A DNA stretch of 64,000 nt from the NCBI GenBank assembly GCA_963756005.1, contig CAVWMC010000006.1, positions 35,567 to 99,566 on the forward strand, read 5' to 3'. Below the pieces are notes generated by a model, which was not told the origin of the DNA, did not search any database, and saw nothing but the letters and a program-made list of their open reading frames with translations. Each line of letters opens with the position of its first letter. Within the stretch, counting starts at the first letter, position 1. The position numbers and the translations under genes are program-made. Origin of the DNA: an uncultured delta proteobacterium. GTDB taxonomy: Bacteria; Desulfobacterota; Binatia; Binatales; Binataceae. This document shows positions 9,450 to 19,211 of this stretch, piece by piece.

Positions 9450-9705
9450 CGATGCGGGCGCAGTCGGCACCGTCTCGGGCACGGCCCTATCCGCCAACGC
9501 TGCGTTGTCCTTTGTCACCAAGCCCCCGCTTAATAGCACAAGTAGAGCCGCAGTTCAGACGTCGAGGTAGAATGGCGCGATTTCTAATGAACTGTATGTT
9601 GGTGAAAATCGGGCGACGTCGCGCCGCGTGGCGTTTGCCCGCGATTGGGATTAAATACCGTGACCGACGGTCTTCGCGACGAAAAAATCTGACCGGGAGA
9701 ATCGA

Positions 9706-10314
9706 ATGAAAATCTACGACTTCAAACTCGCGCCCAATCCGCGCCGCGTGCGCGTCTTCCTGGCGGAAAAAGGTCTCAACGTTCCGCTCGAGGAGGTCGA
9801 TATCTTCAAGGGCATCAATCGCCAGCCGGAATTCCTCAAGAAGAATTCGCTGGGCGGGATTCCGGTGCTCGAACTCGACGACGGCCGGCATCTGGCCGAA
9901 AGCGTCGCCATCTGCCGCTACTTCGAGCTGCTCCACCCGGAGCCGGCGCTGTTCGGCAAGGGCGCGTTCGAGCAGGCGACGGTCGAGATGTGGAATCGAC
10001 GGATGGAACTGGCGCTGTTCGTGCCGGTCGGGATGGTCTGGGGACATTCGCACGAGCTGACGCGCGCGCGAATCAAGCAGATTCCCGAGATGGGCGAGCA
10101 GTCGCGCAAGGTCGTCGAGCAGCGCTACGATTGGCTCGATCGCGAGCTCGAGGGCAAGAATTTTATTGCCGGCGACAAATACTCAATCGCGGATATCACC
10201 GCGATGGTCGTCATCGACTTCGCCAAGTTCAACAATATTTCGATTCAGCCGGAGCAGAAGAATCTCGCGCGATGGCATCAGGCGGTCTCGTCGCGGCCGA
10301 GCGCGACCGCATAG
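9706..10314 (+). CDS. Glutathione S-transferase
   Basis: 202 aa: MKIYDFKLAPNPRRVRVFLAEKGL...LGGIPVLELDDG is a GST N-terminal thioredoxin fold, followed by a C-terminal helical domain. Confidence 0.9.
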   Translation: MKIYDFKLAPNPRRVRVFLAEKGLNVPLEEVDIFKGINRQPEFLKKNSLGGIPVLELDDGRHLAESVAICRYFELLHPEPALFGKGAFEQATVEMWNRRMELALFVPVGMVWGHSHELTRARIKQIPEMGEQSRKVVEQRYDWLDRELEGKNFIAGDKYSIADITAMVVIDFAKFNNISIQPEQKNLARWHQAVSSRPSATA

Positions 10315-10323
10315 CCGCGATCC

Positions 10324-10824
10324 TTAGTCGGCGCGTCCGTGGATTCCGCAAGTCGGCGCGATACCCATCCGCTCGTAGTAGCGCTGGTGATATTCCTCGG
10401 CGCGGTAGAACTCGGCGGCGGGCGCTATCTGCGTGACGACCGGGCGGCCGAGCTTGCCGGATTGGTCGAGCCGTTTTTTCGATTCTTCGGCGGCTATGCG
10501 CTCATGCTCATCGGAATAAAAAACGATCGAGCGGTATTGCGTGCCGACATCGGGGCCCTGCCGGTTGAGCGTGGTCGGATCGTGAATCTGCCAAAACACG
10601 TCGAGCAGTTGCTCGAACGACACGCGCGCGGGATCGTACTCGACCTTGACGACTTCGGCGTGTCCGGTCTTGCCGCCGCAAACCGTTCGATAGCTGGGCT
10701 TCGGAACGGTGCCGCCCGCGTATCCGACGGCCACATCGACGACGCCTTCGACGGCGCGAAAGGCCGACTCGACGCCCCAGAAACATCCCGCGCCAAAAAC
10801 CGCAAGTTTGTGTGTGTTGGTCAT
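10324..10824 (-). CDS. msrA: Peptide methionine sulfoxide reductase MsrA
   Basis: GCFWGVE catalytic motif, GHAEVVKVEYDP and YHQRYY. Start at the internal Met MTNTHKLAVFGAG. Confidence 0.9.
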   Translation of the reverse strand: MTNTHKLAVFGAGCFWGVESAFRAVEGVVDVAVGYAGGTVPKPSYRTVCGGKTGHAEVVKVEYDPARVSFEQLLDVFWQIHDPTTLNRQGPDVGTQYRSIVFYSDEHERIAAEESKKRLDQSGKLGRPVVTQIAPAAEFYRAEEYHQRYYERMGIAPTCGIHGRAD

Positions 10825-10910
10825 TTGCCTACTTAACGATGACTCGATGCGCGAATCAATCCTCGGCGAGCCTGTGCGAGGCTGCGAAGCTGTGCCATTA
10901 TTCAAGCGAT

Positions 10911-11739
10911 ATGACAAGTATCATGGCATCCTATCGGCTGCGAGTAATTCTTCTCGTGGCAGTTTTTGTTTTTGCGTGGCCCGTCGGCAACGCCGGCGCC
11001 GCCGATATAAAGATCGCGGCCGCGTCGGATCTGACCTTCGCCTTCAAGGACGTAGCCGCGCGCTTCGAGCAGCAGACGGGCGCCAGCGTCAAGCTGAGTT
11101 ACGGTTCATCGGGGAATTTTTTCGCGCAGATTCAAAACGGCGCGCCGTTCGATCTTTTCTTTTCCGCCGACGTAGGCTATCCGCAGAAGCTCGAGGCCGC
11201 CGGTCTGATCGAACCCGGCACTATCTATGACTATGCGAGCGGAAAACTCGTGATATGGGTGCCCAATGCGTCCAAGCTCGATTTGAGCCGCGGTCTTGCG
11301 GTATTACTCGACCCCGAGTATCCGGAAGATCGCGATCGCCAATCCGCTCCATGCACCATACGGCGTCGCCGCGGCTGCGGCGCTGCGTCACGATGCGATC
11401 TACGACAAAGTTAAGCGCAAGCTCGTGCTCGGCGAAAATATTTCGCAGACCGCGCAGTTCGCGCAGTCGGGCAACGCCGACGTCGGGCTGCTAGCCCTTT
11501 CGCTCGCGGTTGCACCGGCGATGAAGGACAGCGGACGCTATGTCGAAATTCCGGCGGCGGACTATCCGCCGCTCATCCAGGCCGGCGCGATTCTCAAATC
11601 ATCGCACAACAAGGAACTGGCGGCTCAATTTCTCAAATTTCTCAAGCAGCCCGCAACCGTTGCGCTGATGGAACGATACGGTTTCTCGATTCCGAGCGAC
11701 GTCGCCGCGGCACAGCGTGAAATGCCCGCGCCTCACTGA
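10911..11739 (+). CDS. modA: Molybdate ABC transporter substrate-binding protein ModA, interrupted by an apparent +1 frameshift near 11313-11317 (split across two track ORFs)
   Basis: The N-terminal ORF carries a signal peptide plus ADIKIAAASDLTFAFKDVAARFEQQTGASVKLSYGSSGNFFAQIQNGAPFDLFFSAD. The downstream frame continues SIRKIAIANPLHAPYGVAAAAAL...FLKQPATVALMERYGFSI. The two join at LLDP|SIRK only if one base in the run ccccg is removed. Confidence 0.8.
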
Positions 11740-11745
11740 GCGCCG

Positions 11746-12423
11746 ATGGACTGGAGCGCGATTTTTCTGACGATCCGGCTCGCGCTGGTGGTTTGCGCGA
11801 CTCTGCTGATAGTCGGGACGCCGATCGCGTACTGGCTCAGCTTCACGCGCTGGCGATGGAAATTTTTCGTCGAGTCAATCGTCGCGCTGCCGCTGGTACT
11901 GCCGCCGACCGTGCTCGGCTTCTATGTGCTGGTGGCGATGGGCTCGCGCAGTCCCGTCGGCCGCTGGTATCAGTCTTTCACCGGCCACGGACTGCCGTTC
12001 ACATTCGAGGGCCTGGCGATCGCGTCGGTCATCTACAGCCTGCCGTTCGCCGTGCAGCCGATGGCGGCGGCGTTCGCGCAGGTCGATCGCAACCTGATCA
12101 ACGCCTCGTCGATACTCGGCGCGTCGCGGATGCGCACGTTCATGCGCATCGTACTGCCGCTTTCGATCGGCGGCGTGGTCACCAGCTTCGTCCTGAGCTT
12201 CGCGCATACGCTCGGCGAATTCGGCGTAGTGCTGATGGTCGGCGGCAACATCCCGGGCGTCACGCGCACCATCTCGATCGCGATTTACGATCAGGCGCAG
12301 GCGCTCGACTACGCCGGCGCCAACCGCCTGGCGCTGCTGCTGCTGGCGTTCTCGTTCGTCACGCTGTCGATCACCTACTCGGTCAACCGCCGGGTCTGGG
12401 CGGTCTGGCCGATGAGCCGCTAA
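11746..12423 (+). CDS. modB: Molybdate ABC transporter permease ModB
   Basis: 225 aa with 5-6 TM helices and the EAA-like loop (ASSILGASRMRTFMRIVLP). It sits between modA and modC. Confidence 0.9.
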   Translation: MDWSAIFLTIRLALVVCATLLIVGTPIAYWLSFTRWRWKFFVESIVALPLVLPPTVLGFYVLVAMGSRSPVGRWYQSFTGHGLPFTFEGLAIASVIYSLPFAVQPMAAAFAQVDRNLINASSILGASRMRTFMRIVLPLSIGGVVTSFVLSFAHTLGEFGVVLMVGGNIPGVTRTISIAIYDQAQALDYAGANRLALLLLAFSFVTLSITYSVNRRVWAVWPMSR

Positions 12424-12435
12424 TCTCCCGAGACG

Positions 12436-13542
12436 ATGGCAGCAGACAAGCGTCTATCGGTGCATATCGCGCATCGGCTCTCGAACAGCTTCGCGCTCGA
12501 AGCCGGATTCGAGGCGGCGGCCGGTTTCACGATGATCCTGGGACCGTCGGGCGGCGGCAAGACGACGCTGCTGAATTGCATCGCGGGATTCACGCGGCCC
12601 GACCGCGGCCGAATAGCTATCGGAGCGCGGCGACTGTTCGACTCGGACGAACGCATCGACCTGCCGGTGGCAGAGCGAAGATTGGGCTACGTGTTTCAGG
12701 ATCTCGCGCTGTTTCCGCATCTGACGGTCGCGCAAAACGTTCAATACGGGATCGCGAAGATGCCGGCCGGCGAGCGCCGCGCGCGGATGACGGCGATGCT
12801 CGAGTCGTTTCGAATCGCGCATCTGATCGCGCGCAAGCCGGACGAGATTTCCGGCGGCGAGCGCCAACGCGTGGCCCTCGCGCGATCGCTGGTCACGAAT
12901 CCGGCGGCGTTACTGCTCGACGAGCCGCTGACGGCGCTCGACAACGCGACCAAATCAAAAATCCTCGATGACCTGCGCGTGTGGAATGCGGCGCACGAAA
13001 TCCCGATCCTTTACGTAACCCATGCCCCCGAGGAAGCCTTCGCCCTGGGCGAGCGTGTGGTAGTCCTCGAAAACGGCCGCATCCTCGCGCAGGGAGTGCC
13101 GCAACACGTGCTGACAACGCCGCGCCACGAAACTATCGCGCAGGTGGTAGGATTCGAAAACGTCTTTGAGGCGATTGTAAAGTCGATCGCCGAAGCCCAA
13201 GGCACCATGCTATGCCAGCTCGCCGGCAGCACAACCCAGCTGGAAGTCCCACTAGGCCACGCCGAGCCGGGCGCGCGAGTAAAAATAGCAATCCGCGCCG
13301 GCGACATCATGGTTGCGTCCGCTCGCCCGCAAGGCTTAAGCGCACGCAACTCATTCGAGGGCAGAGTCCTATCAATCCGCCGCGAAGGTGTGCGGGTAGT
13401 ACTAATGATAGAAGCAGGCGCAACCTTCGAGGTCCACCTGACGCCAGGCGCCATCGATTCGCTGCAACTGGTACCCGGAAAACAGATCTGGCTGGTGATC
13501 AAGACCTACTCATGCAACTTGCTTGAGCTCCGAGCGCTGTAA
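12436..13542 (+). CDS. modC: Molybdate ABC transporter ATP-binding protein ModC with C-terminal TOBE/Mop domain
   Basis: Walker A GPSGGGKTT, signature LSGGERQRVALARSL and Walker B LLLDEP. The C-terminal roughly 120 aa is Mop-like. Confidence 0.9.
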   Translation: MAADKRLSVHIAHRLSNSFALEAGFEAAAGFTMILGPSGGGKTTLLNCIAGFTRPDRGRIAIGARRLFDSDERIDLPVAERRLGYVFQDLALFPHLTVAQNVQYGIAKMPAGERRARMTAMLESFRIAHLIARKPDEISGGERQRVALARSLVTNPAALLLDEPLTALDNATKSKILDDLRVWNAAHEIPILYVTHAPEEAFALGERVVVLENGRILAQGVPQHVLTTPRHETIAQVVGFENVFEAIVKSIAEAQGTMLCQLAGSTTQLEVPLGHAEPGARVKIAIRAGDIMVASARPQGLSARNSFEGRVLSIRREGVRVVLMIEAGATFEVHLTPGAIDSLQLVPGKQIWLVIKTYSCNLLELRAL

Positions 13543-13552
13543 CTGCCGCGAA

Positions 13553-13966
13553 TCAGAGGCAGTTGACCAGCACTATGTCGTCGTCAATCCCTTTCAGTCC
13601 AACGCTGCCGGGCAAAGGGTTTAACGTTGTGCACGAGTCCGCAACCCTGGTCGTGTCACGACACTGACAAAAGCTGGTTGTTTTGACGCATCGGTTTCTG
13701 AAACTGCCTTCGCCGCCGGCCAACGTCACCTTGCCCTTGCATCCATTGTAGATAGGGCCGGGATTTATATCGCCAGAGGTCTGCGGAGAAATCCGGTATA
13801 GCGGCTTGAAGGCCACCAGATCCGCCACCCATACCACGGGGTCACCCGACACAGTAGCCACCTTGTTGCCGGTAGGAGCCGTGGGATAGGTCCATGCTTG
13901 CGTCGCGAGATTCGAGAAGGTTGAAGGACGATAGATCCCGTAGTCGTTCTTCACAGCTATCCCCAT
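13553..13966 (-). CDS. Hypothetical protein in the low-GC islet
   Basis: ORF of the islet; Cys-containing, no recognisable domain. Start uncertain (possibly M28, MGIAVKN). Confidence 0.35.
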   Translation of the reverse strand: MGIAVKNDYGIYRPSTFSNLATQAWTYPTAPTGNKVATVSGDPVVWVADLVAFKPLYRISPQTSGDINPGPIYNGCKGKVTLAGGEGSFRNRCVKTTSFCQCRDTTRVADSCTTLNPLPGSVGLKGIDDDIVLVNCL

Positions 13967-14000
13967 GTTCGACGGCGGTACCCACGTTCCCACTCCGCGG

Positions 14001-14537
14001 TTAATGAAGAATGCCATCAGGTAGTCGCCGATTTCGGTAGTTGTCACGCCCGGCTGCCATCATTGAAGTGCCGCGCCCACTGTTGCTGGACGCCGCGTCC
14101 ACCGATGACACATTGGAAACCACGTAGGTCCTGACGTCATAGGGTAGCGTGACGAACCATCGAAACCTGTACGGCGGTTTCTCATCCGACTCGAATTTGC
14201 GATAGTAAAGCACTTGGCATAGGCCATCCGCGCGCGTTTCAGAATTCGGCACCATCGTCCATCGATAGTCGGGACTGGCCCATTTGCACGCCGTCGAACT
14301 TGCAAGAACGAGCTGGACGATGCCTACCAGACCCTGCAGCGCGGGTGGGTTTACATAGGGCTGGTGTATTTCATTTGCCAGAGCGGCAAATCCCACGGAC
14401 ACCGCGGCGCCCTTGCCCGGCCAGGTCGCGACCAACGAATCGGTTCCATTAAAGTTCGGACCGCCGATGAATTGCGCGCGCGCCGATACTGATAGCAACA
14501 AGAGAGCTATAACGGCTGCGAGTATTCGAGACTTCAC
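14001..14537 (-). CDS. Secreted hypothetical protein in the low-GC islet
   Basis: MKSRILAAVIALLLLSVSARAQ is a signal peptide. The start overlaps the upstream gene's stop by 1 nt, which suggests translational coupling. Confidence 0.5.
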   Translation of the reverse strand: MKSRILAAVIALLLLSVSARAQFIGGPNFNGTDSLVATWPGKGAAVSVGFAALANEIHQPYVNPPALQGLVGIVQLVLASSTACKWASPDYRWTMVPNSETRADGLCQVLYYRKFESDEKPPYRFRWFVTLPYDVRTYVVSNVSSVDAASSNSGRGTSMMAAGRDNYRNRRLPDGILH

Positions 14538-15433
14538 TAGTTAGCAGGAATCTCCTCGTTGTAAACGCTATTCCAGGTGGCATAGGCGGCCGCTGAATTG
14601 CCCGGATTTATATAACATGTGTAGCCGGTGAAGATGATCGTTGCCTGATCGCTGGTAGCGACCATTTGCGCGTTGAACTCGGTGCAACCTCCCGCCGGAA
14701 CCTGGACCGGAGCGGTTTGAGCTATAGCAGTGGGCCAGCCGCCGTAGCGGTTACAACGAAAGGTAGCCAGTGTCGTAGCCGAATCGTAGTTACAAAATTG
14801 GATGACGCCGGATTGGATCTGAGCATAGCTGACGACTCCGTTGCCTTCAGGTCCAAAGAATCCTCCGTTGTCGCCGAACACTCCGGTCTCGGTATTAGCC
14901 GGGAGAAAGAGCGCCTTGGCCGAACTCTCTCTGCCAGGATGGTCGCCTATGCTGGTACCCGCGCCCTGGAATACCGGCGCCAACTGTTGAACGGTGGATC
15001 GAGACAGGTAAATCCATTTATCAATAGAGCTATCGTACTGAAACAGAACATTTTCAGTCGCGTTCGGGAACGTAACCGGAACGAGCGTGTTGGGTGCGTA
15101 AGCGTATGAGCTCTGGAACTGGAAGCTCTTACTCCACTTTGGCAGATGACCACCTACGGAATCCTGCGCCAGCCGGATTGTAAAGAACTGACCCGAGTAA
15201 GCGGCAGGTCCCATCGTTATCTCCTGTTTATCAAACAGGACAACAGTTCCGATGTTTCTCCGGTCAGGCCAGCAGGTCCAGACTTTCCGCGAGAGCGTGC
15301 AGGCCGGCGACCATCGGGAAATCGCCAGCACTCCTGAATCAGGACTTCTGGGCGGACTCCAACGCTGCGAGGCGCATCCGGTGAGTGAGGCGAAAAAACA
15401 TGCGAGCAACGATGCTACTCGAAGGGTGTTCAT
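14537..15433 (-). CDS. Hypothetical lipoprotein in the low-GC islet
   Basis: The internal Met gives MNTLRVASLLACFFASLTGC, a signal peptide with an L-T-G-C lipobox. I recognise no known domain. Confidence 0.5.
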   Translation of the reverse strand: MNTLRVASLLACFFASLTGCASQRWSPPRSPDSGVLAISRWSPACTLSRKVWTCWPDRRNIGTVVLFDKQEITMGPAAYSGQFFTIRLAQDSVGGHLPKWSKSFQFQSSYAYAPNTLVPVTFPNATENVLFQYDSSIDKWIYLSRSTVQQLAPVFQGAGTSIGDHPGRESSAKALFLPANTETGVFGDNGGFFGPEGNGVVSYAQIQSGVIQFCNYDSATTLATFRCNRYGGWPTAIAQTAPVQVPAGGCTEFNAQMVATSDQATIIFTGYTCYINPGNSAAAYATWNSVYNEEIPAN

Positions 15434-15527
15434 CTGCCGGTCGTCTGCTAACCTGTTCGTCGCTACAGGCTCGCCATGTATCATGAAGCCGGTTTCGGCT
15501 GGAAGAACGCCGACGCTGGCGGGAAGT

Positions 15528-15604
15528 TGGTGCCCCCTGCGGGATTCGAACCCACGGCCCCAGGATTAGGAATCCTGTGCTCTATCCATCTGAGCTAAGG
15601 GGGC
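15528..15604 (-). tRNA. tRNA-Arg (anticodon CCT)
   Basis: The reverse complement is GCCCCCTTAGCTCAGATGGATAGAGCACAGGATTCCTAATCCTGGGGCCGTGGGTTCGAATCCCGCAGGGGGCACCA. This folds as a cloverleaf with acceptor GCCCCCT/AGGGGGC, a GCTC/GAGC D-arm, anticodon loop TTCCTAA, T-loop TTCGAAT and an encoded CCA. Confidence 0.85.
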
Positions 15605-15763
15605 GCTCGGACAAAAGTTACGCCGATGCGCGGCGCGGGCAAAGAGGACCGCGGCCGGGTGGGATTTCGCGCGGGCGCGCGCTGTTGTACAAATCATTAG
15701 ACGGACATCGATATTTAATTGAGCGCTTGGCCGATGTGTGCAGCGCGGCGGGAAAAATCAAAC

Positions 15764-17447
15764 ATGGCGGATGACAAGAATTCTCTGAGATCGAACAGTA
15801 GCGTGCTGGTTGACGGCCCCTCGCGGGCACCGGCGCGGGCGATGCTCAAGGCCGTTGGCTTTACCGACGAAGATCTCAGCAAGCCGCTGATCGCGGTCGC
15901 GCATACCTGGATTGAGATCATGCCCTGCACGGCGCATCTGCGGGACCTGGCCGAGCATGTTAAGCGCGGGATTCGCGCGGCCGGTGCGACGCCGATCGAG
16001 TTCAACACGATTGCAGTCTGTGACGGGATCTCGATGGGCACGCACGGCATGCGCGCCTCCTTGATCAGCCGCGAAGTGATCGCCGACTCGATCGAACTGA
16101 CCGTGCGCGGGCATCTGTTCGACGGCGTCGTCGCGATGTCGGGATGCGACAAAACGATTCCGGCGACAGTGATGGCGCTGCAGCGGCTCGACCTGCCGTC
16201 GCTGATGATTTACGGCGGATCGATACAGCCGGGGCGCTTCGGCGATCAGCAGGTTTCGATCCAGGACGTGTTCGAGGCGGTCGGGGCGCATTCGGCGGGC
16301 AAGATGAAGCTCGAGGATCTCAAGAAACTCGAGGACGTCGCGTGCCCCGGCGTGGGCGCATGCGGCGGGCAGTTCACCGCGAACACGATGGCGACGGCGA
16401 CCGAGCTGTCTGGGAATCTCGCCGATGGGATCGAACAGCATTCCGGCGACGGATCCGAAGAAGCCCGAAAGCGCGTTCCAGGCCGGGCGGCTGGCGGTCG
16501 ATTTGCTCAAGCGCAAACTCAAGCCGAGCCAGATAATCACCAAGAAGGCGATCGAGAACGCGATCGCGTCGGTCGCGATGACGGGCGGCTCCACCAATGC
16601 GGTGTTGCATCTGCTCGCGATCGCGCACGAGGCCGGCATCGCGCTCGATATCGATGACTTCGATCGTATCAGCTCGCGCACGCCGCTGCTCGCCGACCTC
16701 AAGCCGGGCGGACGATTCCTCGCCACCGACATGTACAAGGCGGGCGGAATTCCGCTAATCGCAAAACGCCTGAAAGAAGCCGGGATGCTCCACGAGAACG
16801 AAATGACGGTGACGGGCCGGACGATTGGCGTCGAGGCCGACGCGGCGCGCGAGACGGCCGGGCAGGAAGTCGTGCGCGCGGTGACGAAGCCGCTCAAGGA
16901 AACGGGCGGCCTGGTGATTCTCAAGGGCAACCTCGCGCCGGAAGGATGCGTGGTGAAGGTCGCGGGCCACGAGCGCATGACGCATCGCGGACCGGCGCGC
17001 GTGTTCGATTGCGAAGACGACGCGTTCAAGGCGGTGTCGGCGCAGAAGATCAAAGCGGGCGACGTCGTCGTCATTCGCTACGAAGGACCGCGCGGCGCGC
17101 CCGGGATGCCGGAGATGCTCGGCGTCACGGCGGCCCTGTCGGGACAGGGCCTTGGCGAATCGGTTGGACTGCTGACGGACGGTCGATTCTCGGGCGCGAC
17201 GCACGGCCTGATGGCCGGACACGTGGCGCCGGAAGCGGCAGTTGGCGGGCCGATCGCGGCGGTGCGCGACGGCGACGTGATCACGTTCGACATCGCCAAG
17301 CGCCGGCTCGACGTGGCGCTGAGCGACGAAGAAATCAAGACGCGGCTCAAAAGCTGGAAGGCACCGGAGCCGCACTATAAGACTGGGGTGATGGCAAAAT
17401 ACGCGCAGACGGTGTCGTCTTCATCGCGCGGCGCCGTGACAAATTGA
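15764..17447 (+). CDS. ilvD: Dihydroxy-acid dehydratase IlvD, interrupted by an apparent +1 frameshift near 16406 (split across two track ORFs)
   Basis: The N-terminal ORF: [11 protein letters not shown]...[11 protein letters not shown]...[21 protein letters not shown]. The second frame continues (L)[15 protein letters not shown]...[19 protein letters not shown]...GRFSGATHG. The join requires deleting 1 nt around gag-c-tgt. Confidence 0.85.
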
Positions 17448-18184
17448 AGGGATCAGCGGAATCAGTGGCGGCAACGACGCTCGCGGCATGCGCGATGCTC
17501 GCGTTGTCAGTCGTCCTGAGCGCGCGCATAGCGCGCGCGCAGGACGACTGGCAGGTGATCGAGCGGCATGCAACGTCGCCGGCGCCGGCCGGCGCCGATG
17601 CGGCCGCGCCCGCCGTCGCGACGGGCGGCGGCGAAATCCGGGCGTGCGGTGAAACCGCGCGCCCCGCTACCGAGCCTTACAAGACTATCGTCGCCCAGCT
17701 CAACGATATGTGGGGTACCAAGTTCCAGGTTTACGAATCGCTCAACGCAGGTTCGCCCCACGCCCGCAACGGTGGATGCATTTTTTACAATCAGAAGTTT
17801 CTGGACAACCTGTTTCAACAGTGGATGAGGATCGACGACCAGGACGCGGTCCGGCCGATGCTCTACGCGATCTTCGCTCACGAGATCGGCCATCTCGCTC
17901 ACAGCGATTTCGATCCCAACAATGACAACGTTCCGGTCAAGAACAAGGAGCTCGCCGCCGATCAATTCGCCGGCTACTCGCTCGAACGGATCGGTATGCG
18001 ACGGCTCGATCCGGTCGAAGTAACGCGCTACTACCAGCTTACCGGCGACGACTTCGTCGGCCACGAGTCCGGCCATGGCAACGGCGAAGAGCGCACGACG
18101 GCGTTCGAGGACGGCTGGCATCGCGCGGAGATCGGACTGCCCGAAGAAGGCACGCAACCTGCCGGCGGACTCGGCGAACCGTAA
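17444..18184 (+). CDS. Secreted hypothetical protein with HExxH zinc-metallopeptidase-like motif
   Basis: N-terminal hydrophobic signal ([25 protein letters not shown]) and motif [10 protein letters not shown] followed by [10 protein letters not shown]. It overlaps the ilvD stop by 4 nt. The start codon is TTG or GTG, so the exact start is uncertain. Confidence 0.5.
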   Translation: MKGSAESVAATTLAACAMLALSVVLSARIARAQDDWQVIERHATSPAPAGADAAAPAVATGGGEIRACGETARPATEPYKTIVAQLNDMWGTKFQVYESLNAGSPHARNGGCIFYNQKFLDNLFQQWMRIDDQDAVRPMLYAIFAHEIGHLAHSDFDPNNDNVPVKNKELAADQFAGYSLERIGMRRLDPVEVTRYYQLTGDDFVGHESGHGNGEERTTAFEDGWHRAEIGLPEEGTQPAGGLGEP

Positions 18185-18209
18185 AATCTCAGTCGCGATT
18201 TTTTTATAC

Positions 18210-19205
18210 ATGAGCGCTTCGACAATATCGAATTCATCACAGGCTACCGCCGACGCGATTCGCGCCGGCACCGACGCGATCGATGCGCGCGCGCTCGGCT
18301 TTCGCTATGGCGATCGCGCGGCGCTCAGCGACGTAACCTTCTCGATCGCGCGCGGCGAGATCTTTGGCTTCCTCGGACCCAACGGCGGCGGCAAGACCAC
18401 CTTGTTCAAGCTGCTCTCGACGCTCGCGCCGATTCAGTCTGGCAGCGCGCGGCTCTTCGGGCACGACCTGGCGGGTGAAACCACTGCGGTGCGGCGGCGG
18501 CTCGGCGTTGTGTTTCAGCATCCGAGCCTCGATGGCAAGTTGACCGTCGGCGAAAATCTCGCGGCTCATGGTCACCTGTATGGGATCTCCGGCAAGCGCC
18601 TGCGCGAGCGCAGCGCGGCGATGCTCGAGCGGCTGGGATTGTCGGCGCGCGAGCGCGACCGCGTCGAAACTTTGTCGGGCGGGCTGCAGCGGCGGGTCGA
18701 GCTGGCCAAGGCCCTGCTGCACGAGCCGGCGCTGATGCTGCTCGACGAGCCCAGCACGGGACTTGACCCGGCGGCGCGCCGAGAGTTCTGGAATTACCTT
18801 GAGCATCTGCGCGAGCGCGAGGGTGTGACCATCGTGCTGACGACGCATTACATGGAAGAAGCGGAGCGATGCGATCGCATCGGCATTCTGCATCAGGGCA
18901 AGCTGGTCGCGATCGCGCCGCCGGGCGAGCTCAAGTCCGAAGTTGGCGGTGACGTGATCGTGATTCGAGCTGCAGCGGCGGAAATTCTGCAACGAAAAAT
19001 CCTCGCGCGCTTCAAACTCAAGAGCCAACTGGTGGACGGCGCGATTCGCATCGAGAAACTGCGCGCGCACGAGCTGGTGCGCGACTTGATCGACGCGTTC
19101 GGCGAAGAGATCGAATCGGTTTCATTCGGCAAGCCGACGCTCGAGGACGTGTTCGTGCATCTGACCGGGCATCAGTTCTTCGCCAATACGCTGGACACGG
19201 AATAG
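18210..19205 (+). CDS. ABC transporter ATP-binding protein (ABC-2 / DrrA-like exporter ATPase)
   Basis: Walker A GPNGGGKTT, signature LSGGLQRRVELAKAL and Walker B LLDEPSTGLD. Start at the internal ATG (MSASTISNSS), giving a 332-aa protein. Confidence 0.9.
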   Translation: MSASTISNSSQATADAIRAGTDAIDARALGFRYGDRAALSDVTFSIARGEIFGFLGPNGGGKTTLFKLLSTLAPIQSGSARLFGHDLAGETTAVRRRLGVVFQHPSLDGKLTVGENLAAHGHLYGISGKRLRERSAAMLERLGLSARERDRVETLSGGLQRRVELAKALLHEPALMLLDEPSTGLDPAARREFWNYLEHLREREGVTIVLTTHYMEEAERCDRIGILHQGKLVAIAPPGELKSEVGGDVIVIRAAAAEILQRKILARFKLKSQLVDGAIRIEKLRAHELVRDLIDAFGEEIESVSFGKPTLEDVFVHLTGHQFFANTLDTE

Positions 19206-19211
19206 ACGACG

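Noticed and set aside
10825-10910. Looked for a ModE-type operator palindrome in the msrA/modA divergent promoter.
   Set aside because: There is no clear inverted repeat and no modE gene in the window, so regulation cannot be called from sequence.
13543-13620. Searched for a direct repeat of the tRNA-Arg(CCT) 3' end (tggtgccccctgcgggattcgaaccc) at the far border of the low-GC islet as an att site.
   Set aside because: No convincing match was seen by eye, so island integration at the tRNA remains an inference from composition and position only.
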